DNA from: a virus
IMG/VR virus record: IMGVR_UViG_3300032240_002285
Coordinates: 35,746 to 99,745 of that record
Length of the DNA: 64,000 bases
Reading direction: 5' to 3' (one strand)
Within the stretch, counting starts at the first letter, position 1, and the number at the start of each line of letters is the position of its first letter. A program made the position numbers and the translations under genes. This document shows, piece by piece, positions 1 through 9,449 of this stretch. The notes beneath the pieces were generated by a model. It was not told where the DNA came from. It saw only the letters and a program-made list of their open reading frames with translations, and did no database searches.

Positions 1-475
1 AATCGTCAGCGTAATCCATTTCATTCATTGTTTCTTCCTCTTCTTCTGATTCACCAAGTTTAACAAGATATTCTACATCGTTATTATCATCTGATAAATG
101 AATTTCGTTACCATCTTTTTTAACGATGATTCCGTCATCTTCACCCATCGCTTTAAATACTTTCAGAATTTCTTCGTCAGTAGCGTCAGTTAAATCTATT
201 GGACTGTCAGAGTCAATGTTCATGTCCATATCAATGTTCATTCCCATATCGTCATTATCAACCGCATCTCCTTCATCACCTAATGATGGGATAGCAGCAT
301 CTATTTCAACCTCATCTTCTTCATTTTCTTGTTCAGATAGAGATTCTTTTACTAATTGATTGATTTCTTCCTTCATTGTTGAAGCAAGTATTCCTTTTGC
401 ATTTTCGGCAATTGCCTCTTCAACGTTTTTCATTTGAATGAGTGCCTCTTGTACTAATGATTTATTTTCTTGCAT
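1..475 (-). CDS. Putative prohead core/scaffold protein (N-terminal part; runs off the window)
   Basis: ATG at 475 reads MQENKSLVQEALIQMKNVEEAIAENAKGILASTMKEEINQLVKESLSEQE, then an acidic tract. Downstream of the prohead protease as in T4-like head operons, with the late motif upstream. Not in the ORF track. Confidence 0.6.
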   Translation of the reverse strand, partial: MQENKSLVQEALIQMKNVEEAIAENAKGILASTMKEEINQLVKESLSEQENEEDEVEIDAAIPSLGDEGDAVDNDDMGMNIDMDMNIDSDSPIDLTDATDEEILKVFKAMGEDDGIIVKKDGNEIHLSDDNNDVEYLVKLGESEEEEETMNEMDYADD

Positions 476-532
476 GAAAAATTATTTTTTTTATACCTTA
501 TAAATAGTATCAAAATTCAAAAAGTTTATTTT

Positions 533-862
533 TTAGATGGCAATAAACGACCTTTTTTGATATTGAATGCTTACAACATCTTTATTTGGTTGGTTTTGAG
601 CCCAAGTTGATGAATTATCAAATGTATCGTAAATGATATTATTTGAAGTTTGTGGTGATGTTATGTCTTTCAATATTATTTGATATAACCCACTCAATGA
701 TGTGTCATTTAAAATAATATTATCAACATTTAATAAGTTGATACTTTGAATTTCTTTTTCAGTACCTTCAGCGTAGGCTAAACAATTTGACCATGATGAA
801 CCACTTACGATAAGTAAGTCAATAGATGAATCAATATTCTTAAGAGATAAATTAAATAACAT
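533..862 (-). CDS. Hypothetical protein
   Basis: 109 aa ORF, late motif upstream. Confidence 0.5.
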   Translation of the reverse strand: MLFNLSLKNIDSSIDLLIVSGSSWSNCLAYAEGTEKEIQSINLLNVDNIILNDTSLSGLYQIILKDITSPQTSNNIIYDTFDNSSTWAQNQPNKDVVSIQYQKRSFIAI

Positions 863-926
863 ATTTTTTGTGTTTACAATAAATATGTTGAAACAAAAAA
901 AAAGTGGTCAGAGACCACTTTCATAA

Positions 927-1136
927 CTATTCAATAACTTCGTCAATCTTACTTTCAGAAACTGAAGTAATTCTCCAATCGTGTGTAAAACCTTCATACT
1001 TTTTTGTGACTTTAGCTTCAACATCTGTCACGGAGTAACCTTTAACAAGTTTTTCCTCTCTAATTTTTTTAATCTTTCCTGAATTTTCGTCAGGTAAATC
1101 ATACTGAACTTTTGCTACAAAATATTTTTCTTCCAT
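927..1136 (-). CDS. DUF4494-like small protein
   Basis: YFVAKVQY..ENSGKIKKIREEKLV..SVTDVEAKV resembles the Bacteroidota DUF4494 pattern. Confidence 0.55.
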   Translation of the reverse strand: MEEKYFVAKVQYDLPDENSGKIKKIREEKLVKGYSVTDVEAKVTKKYEGFTHDWRITSVSESKIDEVIE

Positions 1137-1145
1137 TTTTTTATT

Positions 1146-1865
1146 TTATTTTCCTAAATAATCGTTCAATTTTTTCATTAAGTCAAGGGATTTATTTGAT
1201 GAAGTATCCATTGATTGTTTTATCTTTTTTTCTTCATCTAAATTTTCTTCATATTTTCCTCTGTCTTCAGGGTTTGAAAATAAATAAGCACCAGGTGTTG
1301 AAGGCGAAGACACTAAGTCAAAACAAATTAATTCAAAATCATCTTGTACTTCATTTCTTTCCCCAACTTTTTTTAATGAACCAACTCCTCTTGATGAAAC
1401 TCCCATAGTTACTCCTTGTCTCATTAAATTAGCTGCTTGGTCTCCTTTTGTTGAAACAATTCCACTTTCATGAAATCCTGGTGAAGTTAATAGTTTGAGT
1501 TTACCCATCAATATATTTTTATCCCACCATATATCAGTGATAATATGAGATACTCTGTCTAAGTCAATCAATGACGACTCAGGGTGGTTAAGTTCTGATG
1601 TTGATAAACCTTTAGCAATAGCCTTCTTATAATTGTCAGCTTCTCTTTTTAAAATTCTTTCAGGGTAGAATCTACCGTTTCTATTTGGGGTGTCATACTT
1701 TTGTAAAACCGCATAGAATTCAAAAGGATTTCTATAATCAAGTGTCGCAGCCTCTTTTAGAATTTCAAAATTACGATGGTCTTTAGGCGATACCAAACCA
1801 GCATCCATTTCAATTAATATTCCGTGACCTAATTCGTTGGCCTCTAAGATTCTTAAATTTTTCAT
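1146..1865 (-). CDS. Prohead core protein protease (T4 gp21-like)
   Basis: NRNGRFYP, ELNHP, VSHII, GVSSRGVGS, DLVSSPSTPGAY motifs. Confidence 0.95.
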   Translation of the reverse strand: MKNLRILEANELGHGILIEMDAGLVSPKDHRNFEILKEAATLDYRNPFEFYAVLQKYDTPNRNGRFYPERILKREADNYKKAIAKGLSTSELNHPESSLIDLDRVSHIITDIWWDKNILMGKLKLLTSPGFHESGIVSTKGDQAANLMRQGVTMGVSSRGVGSLKKVGERNEVQDDFELICFDLVSSPSTPGAYLFSNPEDRGKYEENLDEEKKIKQSMDTSSNKSLDLMKKLNDYLGK

Positions 1866-1906
1866 TAATTCTTTTTTAAGATAAATATACCAAAAGAGTA
1901 TCTTTA

Positions 1907-2344
1907 TTAGATTTCCTCATTTTTTGAAATTGAAAAATTAAAATATTTGTTATTTTCAACCGCGTTATTGAATATATTTTTAATAATAATTTTGACAGAT
2001 TCTTTAATTTCTTGGGATTTAAAGTCAATTTCTTGATTTGTGTATAAATTAACTTCAAGATTTAAAAATGATTTTTTACCATAAGATAAACCACTTGTTC
2101 TTAAATCTAAGTCAATAATACTTCTTTCTTTGAATATTGACATATCAATAGAATTGAATACTGATGTTTTAATGTCTCTGTTTAAACTTGACACAACTCG
2201 GTTCCAATTATCATACTCTTTTTTTGGTGTTACCCAAGATTGAATATTTATATAGAGTGATTTTAAATTTTTTGAATCTACAGTCCCATATACCGATTTA
2301 ATTGGATTATATAGATTTAATTTTACGCTTTTACCTTTTTTCAT
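1907..2344 (-). CDS. Hypothetical protein in head module
   Basis: 145 aa ORF between bS21 and the protease. Confidence 0.6.
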   Translation of the reverse strand: MKKGKSVKLNLYNPIKSVYGTVDSKNLKSLYINIQSWVTPKKEYDNWNRVVSSLNRDIKTSVFNSIDMSIFKERSIIDLDLRTSGLSYGKKSFLNLEVNLYTNQEIDFKSQEIKESVKIIIKNIFNNAVENNKYFNFSISKNEEI

Positions 2345-2443
2345 TAACCTTTACATTGGTAATCATTTATTATATATGTAAAAAATAACACATTTTATAA
2401 CGATTGTCAAAAATTTTGTAAAAATTATAGATATTTGTATTAT

Positions 2444-2629
2444 ATGTTAATAGTAGAAATTAAAAATAACGAGAGTATTGAAAGAGCCTTAAAGACTTTA
2501 AAATCTAAAGTTATCAAGACTAAGCAAAATCAAATACTTTTTGAAAGAAAACAGTTTGTTAAGAAATCACTGACAAAAAGAGTGAAAAAATTAAAAGCTA
2601 TCTACAAACAAAAATTAAATAACGATTAA
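2444..2629 (+). CDS. rpsU: Phage-encoded 30S ribosomal protein bS21
   Basis: MLIVEIKNNESIERALKTLKSKVIKTK...RKQFVKKS..KR...KAIYKQ matches Bacteroidota-type bS21. ATG at 2444. Opposite strand inside the head module. Confidence 0.9.
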   Translation: MLIVEIKNNESIERALKTLKSKVIKTKQNQILFERKQFVKKSLTKRVKKLKAIYKQKLNND

Positions 2630-3324
2630 AGAGACTCCTCTAAATTTTTTATTTTTAAAAAATTCATTTGGTCAAACTTCTCGTTTTTAATTCTATCAAT
2701 TGTTTCTGATAACTTTGTCTTCATTTCAAACTCATCTTCTTTTTCTAAAATTGTTTGAAGCTTAGATACTGCGCTCTCACGGATAGTTTCAAACTTAGTT
2801 TCAAGTGAAGCGGTATCTTCTGAAATGATTAAGAAAAATTCTTTTTTAGAATTCTCATCAAGAGTATCAATGTAATTCTTTAATGTTTGGTTAGCAATAC
2901 TAACCATAGATTTTAATGGAATGTTAATAGATTCCTTTATAGTACGATTAGTTGACGTTAACAATTTAATAATATTCTTTTTTGAATTAATTCTCTCGTG
3001 TATATCCAATTTATTTAGATAAACAATAGAATCAATGTCAGAATATTTATTTTCAACATTTTCGGATAATGTTGATGGCAATTTAATACTTGGTAATAAT
3101 TTTTGAATTAAATTAATACCTTCTTCTAAAAAATCTTTAGCGTCGGATTCGGATAAACTTTGGGGTGTACTTAACTGGTCGTACAAAGAATATATCTTTG
3201 ACATAGTTTTATTACTCAAAACATTATGCTTGAATTCTTTAAGTGACTTTTTGAAATCTTTTTCATTTTGATAAGATTCAATTAAGCTGTTTTCTATTAT
3301 GGATTTGATTTGTCCGAACGTCAT
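2626..3324 (-). CDS. Hypothetical head-module protein
   Basis: 232 aa helical ORF directly after the portal; late motif upstream; several [IL]-x-E sites. Confidence 0.6.
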   Translation of the reverse strand: MTFGQIKSIIENSLIESYQNEKDFKKSLKEFKHNVLSNKTMSKIYSLYDQLSTPQSLSESDAKDFLEEGINLIQKLLPSIKLPSTLSENVENKYSDIDSIVYLNKLDIHERINSKKNIIKLLTSTNRTIKESINIPLKSMVSIANQTLKNYIDTLDENSKKEFFLIISEDTASLETKFETIRESAVSKLQTILEKEDEFEMKTKLSETIDRIKNEKFDQMNFLKIKNLEESL

Positions 3325-3350
3325 TTATAAAGGTATTTTGAATATAAATA

Positions 3351-5201
3351 TTACGAGTTTAGTAACTTATCCAATTCTTTTGAAATTTCTCCTAAAGATT
3401 CTTGCCCTTGACCCAAATCTAAGAACGTTGACCCTCTGAAAATGTTGTTTTCCAATAGGATATTCATGTTAGCGGTTTTGGATTCTGGAGTTATTTCTGC
3501 TTCAGGTCCTGCTGGAGTTTCAGGAGCTGAAGGAGTTGCTTCTTCAGGTGTTGCAGCAGTTTCAAACTCAGATGCTCCACCACTTGCTGGAGGTGCACCA
3601 ATTTCTGTTTCACTACCCGCACTAGGTACTGCTGGAGTACCTGAAGCTCCGTTACCGTATAATTTATCAATGTTGTCAAATAAACCTGTTTTAGTGATAA
3701 CTGTTGGAGTGGCTTTAAGTTCTTCTCCGACTGCTCTTTCAATTCTTTGTTGTTGTAAATCAAGTCTGATTTCTTCATCAGAGAATCCAAAAATATGTTT
3801 CTTAGCCCATGTTGAAGAAGTTGGTTGTATACCATTTCCTGGGTCAGATACTAAGTCTTTATATAATAATACTTTTTCTTTCCAAACATCAATTTTTAAT
3901 AAATCAGCTTGTGTAGATGGATTTGTAAGGCCTAATGTAAAGTTTTGTAATTCATCCTCAAATCCAAGTAAAAATAAGTGAACAATTGCAATTTTATTCA
4001 ATTCTGCAATCATACTTTTTTGAATTCTATTAATAGTACGAGCAAAACGAATATCTTGTAATGATAAATTTTTACCATCACCAACAACTTCTTCAAAACC
4101 TAAGAATGCTTTAGGGACACGAAGCGCTGTTAATAATTTCTTTTGGATATATTCAATATCAGCAATCTCAGAAAGGTTAGTCGCACCAGGTAAAGTTGTA
4201 ATTGGGTCTGGTGCTGCTGGGTCTCTAACAGGGATAAAGTAATCTTGGTCAACCGCCATTTGGTTGAATCTCATATCTACGTTACCTGTTTTACTATCAA
4301 CAACTTGTTCTCTTTTGAATTTATTAGCAACACGGTTTACGTATGCCTCAACATCATCGTCATTCATATTACCTACGAATACCTTGAACATTCTTCTTTC
4401 AGGTGCTCTTGATGTACGATAAATTAACATTGCATCTTCAGATAGTAATAATTGTTTCCAAATTCTTCGGGCCTTTTCTAACATAGAAGTACCGTAAGGA
4501 AGTTTTCTATCGTCACCTAATAATCTAAAGTGAGCAATTTCCCATGATTGGAACTCCATGTTTTTGTTTTTCCAAGTAAAGTGTAATGCTTTCTTGTCTT
4601 TGTCAGGTTCAGCAGTGATATCTACCGAAATTTTTTGTGTTACACCAACTTCGTGGCGTTCAATTTCAATAGTTGGTAGTTGTTGACATCCTACAACACC
4701 TTTTTCTGGGTCTAATTTTAAATAAACAAAATTGTCACCATACTTACAAGTGTTTCTTGTCCACATTGGTAAGTTGGTGTTAATATCTAAATTATTGTTG
4801 AATAAATCGGCCAACACTGATTTAATTCTTTTTGACTCAGAATAGATTTGAAGAATAAATCCATCTTCATTTGTTGTTGTGGATTCTTCAGAATAGATAT
4901 CTAACGCTGCGGAAATCTCAGGAGTATACTCCATAGATTCATAATCATACTGCGAAGACAATCTTGATGGTTCATAATAAATTGCTTGAGAGTATAAGTT
5001 GTTTTCAACCTTAGACCATTGATTAGATAAATAAAACGATTGTTGAGCTTGTAATTTTTCTTTCTCATATTCATCACGATTTGTTGTACGCAAAAGTTCT
5101 TTCTTATCAAACTTAAAAGTTGGATAATCTTGCTTTAGTAAAGAATTCGGGCCGAACGTTTTAGAAAGCCTCTGCCATACCGTTAAATTATTATCATTCA
5201 T
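3351..5201 (-). CDS. Portal protein (T4 gp20-like)
   Basis: YESMEYTPEISAALDIY, LEKARRIWKQLLLSEDAMLIYRTSRAPERR, QDYFIPVR, TLPGATNLSEIADIEY, ALRVP. Confidence 0.95.
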   Translation of the reverse strand: MNDNNLTVWQRLSKTFGPNSLLKQDYPTFKFDKKELLRTTNRDEYEKEKLQAQQSFYLSNQWSKVENNLYSQAIYYEPSRLSSQYDYESMEYTPEISAALDIYSEESTTTNEDGFILQIYSESKRIKSVLADLFNNNLDINTNLPMWTRNTCKYGDNFVYLKLDPEKGVVGCQQLPTIEIERHEVGVTQKISVDITAEPDKDKKALHFTWKNKNMEFQSWEIAHFRLLGDDRKLPYGTSMLEKARRIWKQLLLSEDAMLIYRTSRAPERRMFKVFVGNMNDDDVEAYVNRVANKFKREQVVDSKTGNVDMRFNQMAVDQDYFIPVRDPAAPDPITTLPGATNLSEIADIEYIQKKLLTALRVPKAFLGFEEVVGDGKNLSLQDIRFARTINRIQKSMIAELNKIAIVHLFLLGFEDELQNFTLGLTNPSTQADLLKIDVWKEKVLLYKDLVSDPGNGIQPTSSTWAKKHIFGFSDEEIRLDLQQQRIERAVGEELKATPTVITKTGLFDNIDKLYGNGASGTPAVPSAGSETEIGAPPASGGASEFETAATPEEATPSAPETPAGPEAEITPESKTANMNILLENNIFRGSTFLDLGQGQESLGEISKELDKLLNS

Positions 5202-5238
5202 AATACAATTTTACTTAAAACCTTGAAATTATAAATAG

Positions 5239-6999
5239 TTATCTAGCGCCAAATAACCATCCATATTTCTGGTAATCCTCTTTTGAAGAACTCCGATTAT
5301 GCCCCGCACTGTCTCTACCCATTTGAGGAACCATCGGATTAAAGAACTCAGAAGCGTTTTTATTTTCATTAACCGCAGTTGACCAAGAGTTAATCATCGC
5401 TTTAGTATGGTTAGTTACTTTTTCTAATGACTGAAATGATTTCTCCGCGACATAAATTGCCATTGACAATCCCATAATGCAATCATCATGGTGTCCTTTT
5501 TGGTGGTCTGGTCTACCATTAATGTATACAAACGTGTTCATTTCATTATAAGTTCTATTTGAATAGATTCTAAATCCATGTCTACAGGCCTCCTCAAGAG
5601 CCGATATAATTTGAACCCTTTTTGCATTAAAGTTAATTCCAGGGATTTTATCATTAATTTTCGGGTCGTATTTCCATTTATTACTTGTATCAACACCATC
5701 AATATAAAAACCTCCTTGATATGATAACTCTTGTAATTTTCTTGCTGTTGCAACACCCATACCACCTGTTAAATCAACTACACAATAGGCGTTATACATT
5801 GTACCCCATTTGTAAGCAATTTCGGCTAAAACATCTGGTGGTACTTTTCCCACGTACTCCAATGCCTGTTCTCTTTCGTCAAAGTCAATAATCTGAATAG
5901 ATGAAAAGTCCTCAGAGTCTCCCCTTGAAACGTCAACACCCATTACGTACTTATGACCATTAACGGGCTCTTTGAATATCCATAGTCCACTACCCATTAA
6001 TTTTGCTTGGGGTTCTCTAAGTTGATTTTTGGCAATGTTTTGCATTAATTCAGAATCAAATACGTTATCACCTGAACCCAAGAAATTACATTCTAATTCT
6101 TGTGCTACTTTACGTCTATCGTATTTTAATTTTTTAACCATACCCTCAAACCAAGCAGAACATGGTTTGTATCCATCCTCAATGTACTTTGTTACTATAG
6201 AATGGTCTCTGTCATATGGATTGTCCATAGATAAATCTACTACAACATCTTTAGGATAATCTTCTCTATTTAATAGATAGTGAACTAAATCCTTGGTTTT
6301 AACCATATACAAGTCTTTTGTATAACGAGGGTCACGATGCCAATACATTTCAGAGATTTTGAAATCATTCATTCCTCTTAACGCTTGGTCATAAATTTCG
6401 TAATAAATTGCATCATAACCATTTGGTGTAGATACTACAATTACTTTACCACCTGTAGATAGTGAGGCCATACAAGCCGACCAAAAATCACTATCGGCCT
6501 CAATAAATGCTGCCTCGTCAAATATAAGAATTGTTGGAGTATAACCACGTAGTGCGTCTTTTGAAGTTGCAACCGCTTTAACTTCACAATTATTATTTAG
6601 TTTGAAGTGTCTTTGTGAGTTTTTCTCTTGTGAGAATCCAATACCTACCCATGATGGCCATTGTTCTACAAACCCTCTAACTTTATTTGCCATCTCCATT
6701 GACGTATCAAGTTTGTTGGCAATTATTAGAATTTTTTCAGGTTTGGTTTTTTTAGCAAAGGCTAATTTTTTGGACGCCCAAGCGGCCGTTACTGTTGAAA
6801 CTCCCGCCTGTCTGTACTTTAAGGCAATGTTTTCATTGTAATTGTCGTAATCTTCTATTAAAGATATTTGGTCTGGGAAAAGGTCTAATGGAACATACTT
6901 TGAAACTGTGTTATCGTATGTCTGTAGATAAGTACGAAGTGCGTAAGGTGTATTCCTCATGCACTTCGTAACTTCAATTATTAGTTGTTCTTTATTCAC
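5239..6999 (-). CDS. terL: Terminase large subunit
   Basis: KYRQAGVST Walker A variant, ILIFDEAAF Walker B, STPNG coupling motif, GVDVSRG and HDDCIM nuclease motifs. Confidence 0.95.
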   Translation of the reverse strand: MNKEQLIIEVTKCMRNTPYALRTYLQTYDNTVSKYVPLDLFPDQISLIEDYDNYNENIALKYRQAGVSTVTAAWASKKLAFAKKTKPEKILIIANKLDTSMEMANKVRGFVEQWPSWVGIGFSQEKNSQRHFKLNNNCEVKAVATSKDALRGYTPTILIFDEAAFIEADSDFWSACMASLSTGGKVIVVSTPNGYDAIYYEIYDQALRGMNDFKISEMYWHRDPRYTKDLYMVKTKDLVHYLLNREDYPKDVVVDLSMDNPYDRDHSIVTKYIEDGYKPCSAWFEGMVKKLKYDRRKVAQELECNFLGSGDNVFDSELMQNIAKNQLREPQAKLMGSGLWIFKEPVNGHKYVMGVDVSRGDSEDFSSIQIIDFDEREQALEYVGKVPPDVLAEIAYKWGTMYNAYCVVDLTGGMGVATARKLQELSYQGGFYIDGVDTSNKWKYDPKINDKIPGINFNAKRVQIISALEEACRHGFRIYSNRTYNEMNTFVYINGRPDHQKGHHDDCIMGLSMAIYVAEKSFQSLEKVTNHTKAMINSWSTAVNENKNASEFFNPMVPQMGRDSAGHNRSSSKEDYQKYGWLFGAR

Positions 7000-7007
7000 T
7001 AATTGAA

Positions 7008-8321
7008 TTATTTAGGTCTTGATATACCTAAACTACCTAAGAAATCATCTAAATCGTCATCATTGTCATCATCTCCAAAATCATTAGAACTTGAAAAATC
7101 AGAAGAATCATTATCTTCTTTATATTCATCAAACTCATTTTTCATTTGAATAGCTTCTCTCATAATTTCTTCAAATCTTGATGTAGCTTTTTTAACTTTT
7201 GATTCGTCTTCAGAAATAGCGTTTCCAATAATATTTAAGAATTCTTGGGCAGGTACTTGGTATAACAAAATGTGAAACCAGTTTATTAGACCTTTGTTTG
7301 AATCTTCAAACATTTGGTCAGGTAAAGCATGTCTTAATTTTTCGGCGATTTCAGGTCCGATTCTCAATTGCATTGGTTCATTTGGTAATATATCAACAGC
7401 TCCTTTTACTCTATCACGCATTGTATCAGATGTAGGTAAACCGTGTCTGCCTTTTGATTCCTCAATACCTTTGATAATCTCATGACAAAGAATTGGGAAA
7501 ATCATTCCTTGAGCTTTAATTACAGTATCTGCATCATTCTCTTCTTCTTCAAAATCATCATTTTCATCCTCGTCATCGTCAGGGTCTAATTCTACTTTAC
7601 CCGCAACACCGTTACCTGTTTGACTCATCATTTCAATCATTTGTTCCATTGTAAAATACAAGAAATCGTTGATTGCCATAATACCTAAATAAGCAGGATA
7701 TAATCTTGGGTCAATTTTGTTTAATTTTTCTCTGATATCAGGTTTTTGAAAAACATAGTGTCCTTTTTTCGCAGCCCCTTGAATGATGGCATTGATAATA
7801 TTTCTTTTATGTTTTTCTAACTCAAATTCTTCCTCGTCTGTCAGTTCATCAACATCAAAAGATGGAATTTGTAATTTTGGTTCTTTTGGTTCTTTTTCTT
7901 TTTTTGGTTTGTATTGGAAATTTGAAGTATCAATCCCTCCTCCTAATATTGCCTTAATTTTCACCCATCCTTCAGGTGTTTGAGTTTCTTCTAATGATGC
8001 TTCTTTTGCAAGTTGTTCTAGTTCCTCTTTGTGTCTTGCCTCAATTTGCATAATCATTGGCATTTTGGACATCATTTCGTTATAAACCATCTCTTGAACT
8101 TGTCTAGAACTAAGATTTTCAATACCTGTTACTTCTCTTAATTTATCGGCAACTTTTTGAAATCTCTGACTTACTAATCTTTGTACGTCAGCAGGACCTT
8201 TTTTCATTGCAGGATTTGACCCGTAAAGACTTTCAGGACTTGCTAGTTTTCTTTCCAAGTTCGAGTCCATCCTTTCGGGTGTGTTACCATAATCTAATTG
8301 TTCTCTAACATTCTTAGCCAT
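7008..8321 (-). CDS. Hypothetical virion-module protein
   Basis: 437 aa, co-oriented upstream of terL, acidic tracts. Confidence 0.6.
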   Translation of the reverse strand: MAKNVREQLDYGNTPERMDSNLERKLASPESLYGSNPAMKKGPADVQRLVSQRFQKVADKLREVTGIENLSSRQVQEMVYNEMMSKMPMIMQIEARHKEELEQLAKEASLEETQTPEGWVKIKAILGGGIDTSNFQYKPKKEKEPKEPKLQIPSFDVDELTDEEEFELEKHKRNIINAIIQGAAKKGHYVFQKPDIREKLNKIDPRLYPAYLGIMAINDFLYFTMEQMIEMMSQTGNGVAGKVELDPDDDEDENDDFEEEENDADTVIKAQGMIFPILCHEIIKGIEESKGRHGLPTSDTMRDRVKGAVDILPNEPMQLRIGPEIAEKLRHALPDQMFEDSNKGLINWFHILLYQVPAQEFLNIIGNAISEDESKVKKATSRFEEIMREAIQMKNEFDEYKEDNDSSDFSSSNDFGDDDNDDDLDDFLGSLGISRPK

Positions 8322-8323
8322 AA

Positions 8324-9061
8324 TTATTTTTTTAAAATGTCCATAATAGTATCAATAACTTTATCCTTAGCAATCTCAGGACTTATTTTCTTAGCCTTAG
8401 GATTTGGTTTTTCACCAGGGTGTGGGTTTTTCATTGGATGTGAAGGCCTTGTTCTAGGCTTAACATCAGGTTTAGTTCTGACAGGAGCCGTTTTAGTGTC
8501 TCCTCCCTCAGAAAGATATTTTAATAACTCACCTTTAGTCATTTTTGGTTGTATGTGTTTTTCCACGAGCTTAGATATTTCATTTTCTAAGAACAAAGAT
8601 AGTGGATTTTTTCCTTCCGACAATTGTTTTTTTACAGATTGTACACATCTCTCAAATTTTCTTGTTTTTTTAGGTCCAACTTGTGCGTGGCATATTGCCC
8701 ATGGATTTGGTTGACCTGGCTTTAAGTCTGCTTCGCTTTCAAACATACCCATACCGTCATCTTCAGTTTCGAATCCGTCATCTGATGATGGACCTACTTG
8801 TTTCGGGTCTTGAGTTTCAGTTTCTTTATTTGGGTCAACTGTAACTTCTTCTTCCTCGTCAAGTTCTTTTTCATAAACTTGGAAAGGTTTCTTTTCATTT
8901 TTTAACTTGGTAATTGTTGCAGTATCTGTTTTTGAAACATTTATTTGTTCCACAACTAATTTCTTGTGTAGAATGTCAATTTGTGATTCAGTTAATTTTG
9001 AAACAGTTTTTGAAGATAAACCGTTTTCTATGAGTTCAAGAGCTTTTTTATTAATTTTCAT
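8324..9061 (-). CDS. Hypothetical protein
   Basis: 245 aa; KLTESQI and NPWAIC motifs; Pro/Lys-rich tail. Confidence 0.6.
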   Translation of the reverse strand: MKINKKALELIENGLSSKTVSKLTESQIDILHKKLVVEQINVSKTDTATITKLKNEKKPFQVYEKELDEEEEVTVDPNKETETQDPKQVGPSSDDGFETEDDGMGMFESEADLKPGQPNPWAICHAQVGPKKTRKFERCVQSVKKQLSEGKNPLSLFLENEISKLVEKHIQPKMTKGELLKYLSEGGDTKTAPVRTKPDVKPRTRPSHPMKNPHPGEKPNPKAKKISPEIAKDKVIDTIMDILKK

Positions 9062-9449
9062 ATACTACTTTTTGTTCAAATTCTAAAATCAAATCTCTTT
9101 CATAGAGTTTGTCTTTTATTTCTTTTTCGGTATTACCATATCGGAATACCAATCTTTTTTGGCCATTTTGGTCATCTTCTTCCCAAGCTAAAGCAACAAC
9201 ATCATCAATTGCATCTACCATAGAAAAAAAATCGGAGTTCTGAATCAATTCCAATTTTATATTAGTATTTCTCAGAACTCCAACTTTTTTAATGTATTGT
9301 AGTTCAGGTGGTGTTGGGTAACTGTTTGATGGTTTGTTATCCCATCCGTCACCCCACACATCTTCTAAACTATCAGAAAAAATAAACTCGTAAAGATTGT
9401 CTCCCTTATAATTAGGTCCTAAACCGTTTACGTAAGTTAAATAACTCAT
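9051..9449 (-). CDS. Hypothetical protein
   Basis: 132 aa, overlaps both neighbours. Confidence 0.6.
   Translation of the reverse strand: MSYLTYVNGLGPNYKGDNLYEFIFSDSLEDVWGDGWDNKPSNSYPTPPELQYIKKVGVLRNTNIKLELIQNSDFFSMVDAIDDVVALAWEEDDQNGQKRLVFRYGNTEKEIKDKLYERDLILEFEQKVVYEN

Noticed and set aside
3442-3981. 179 aa plus-strand ORF (and similar ones at 126, 10431, 45274, 45823, 58035)
   Set aside because: Antisense to low-complexity parts of well-supported genes
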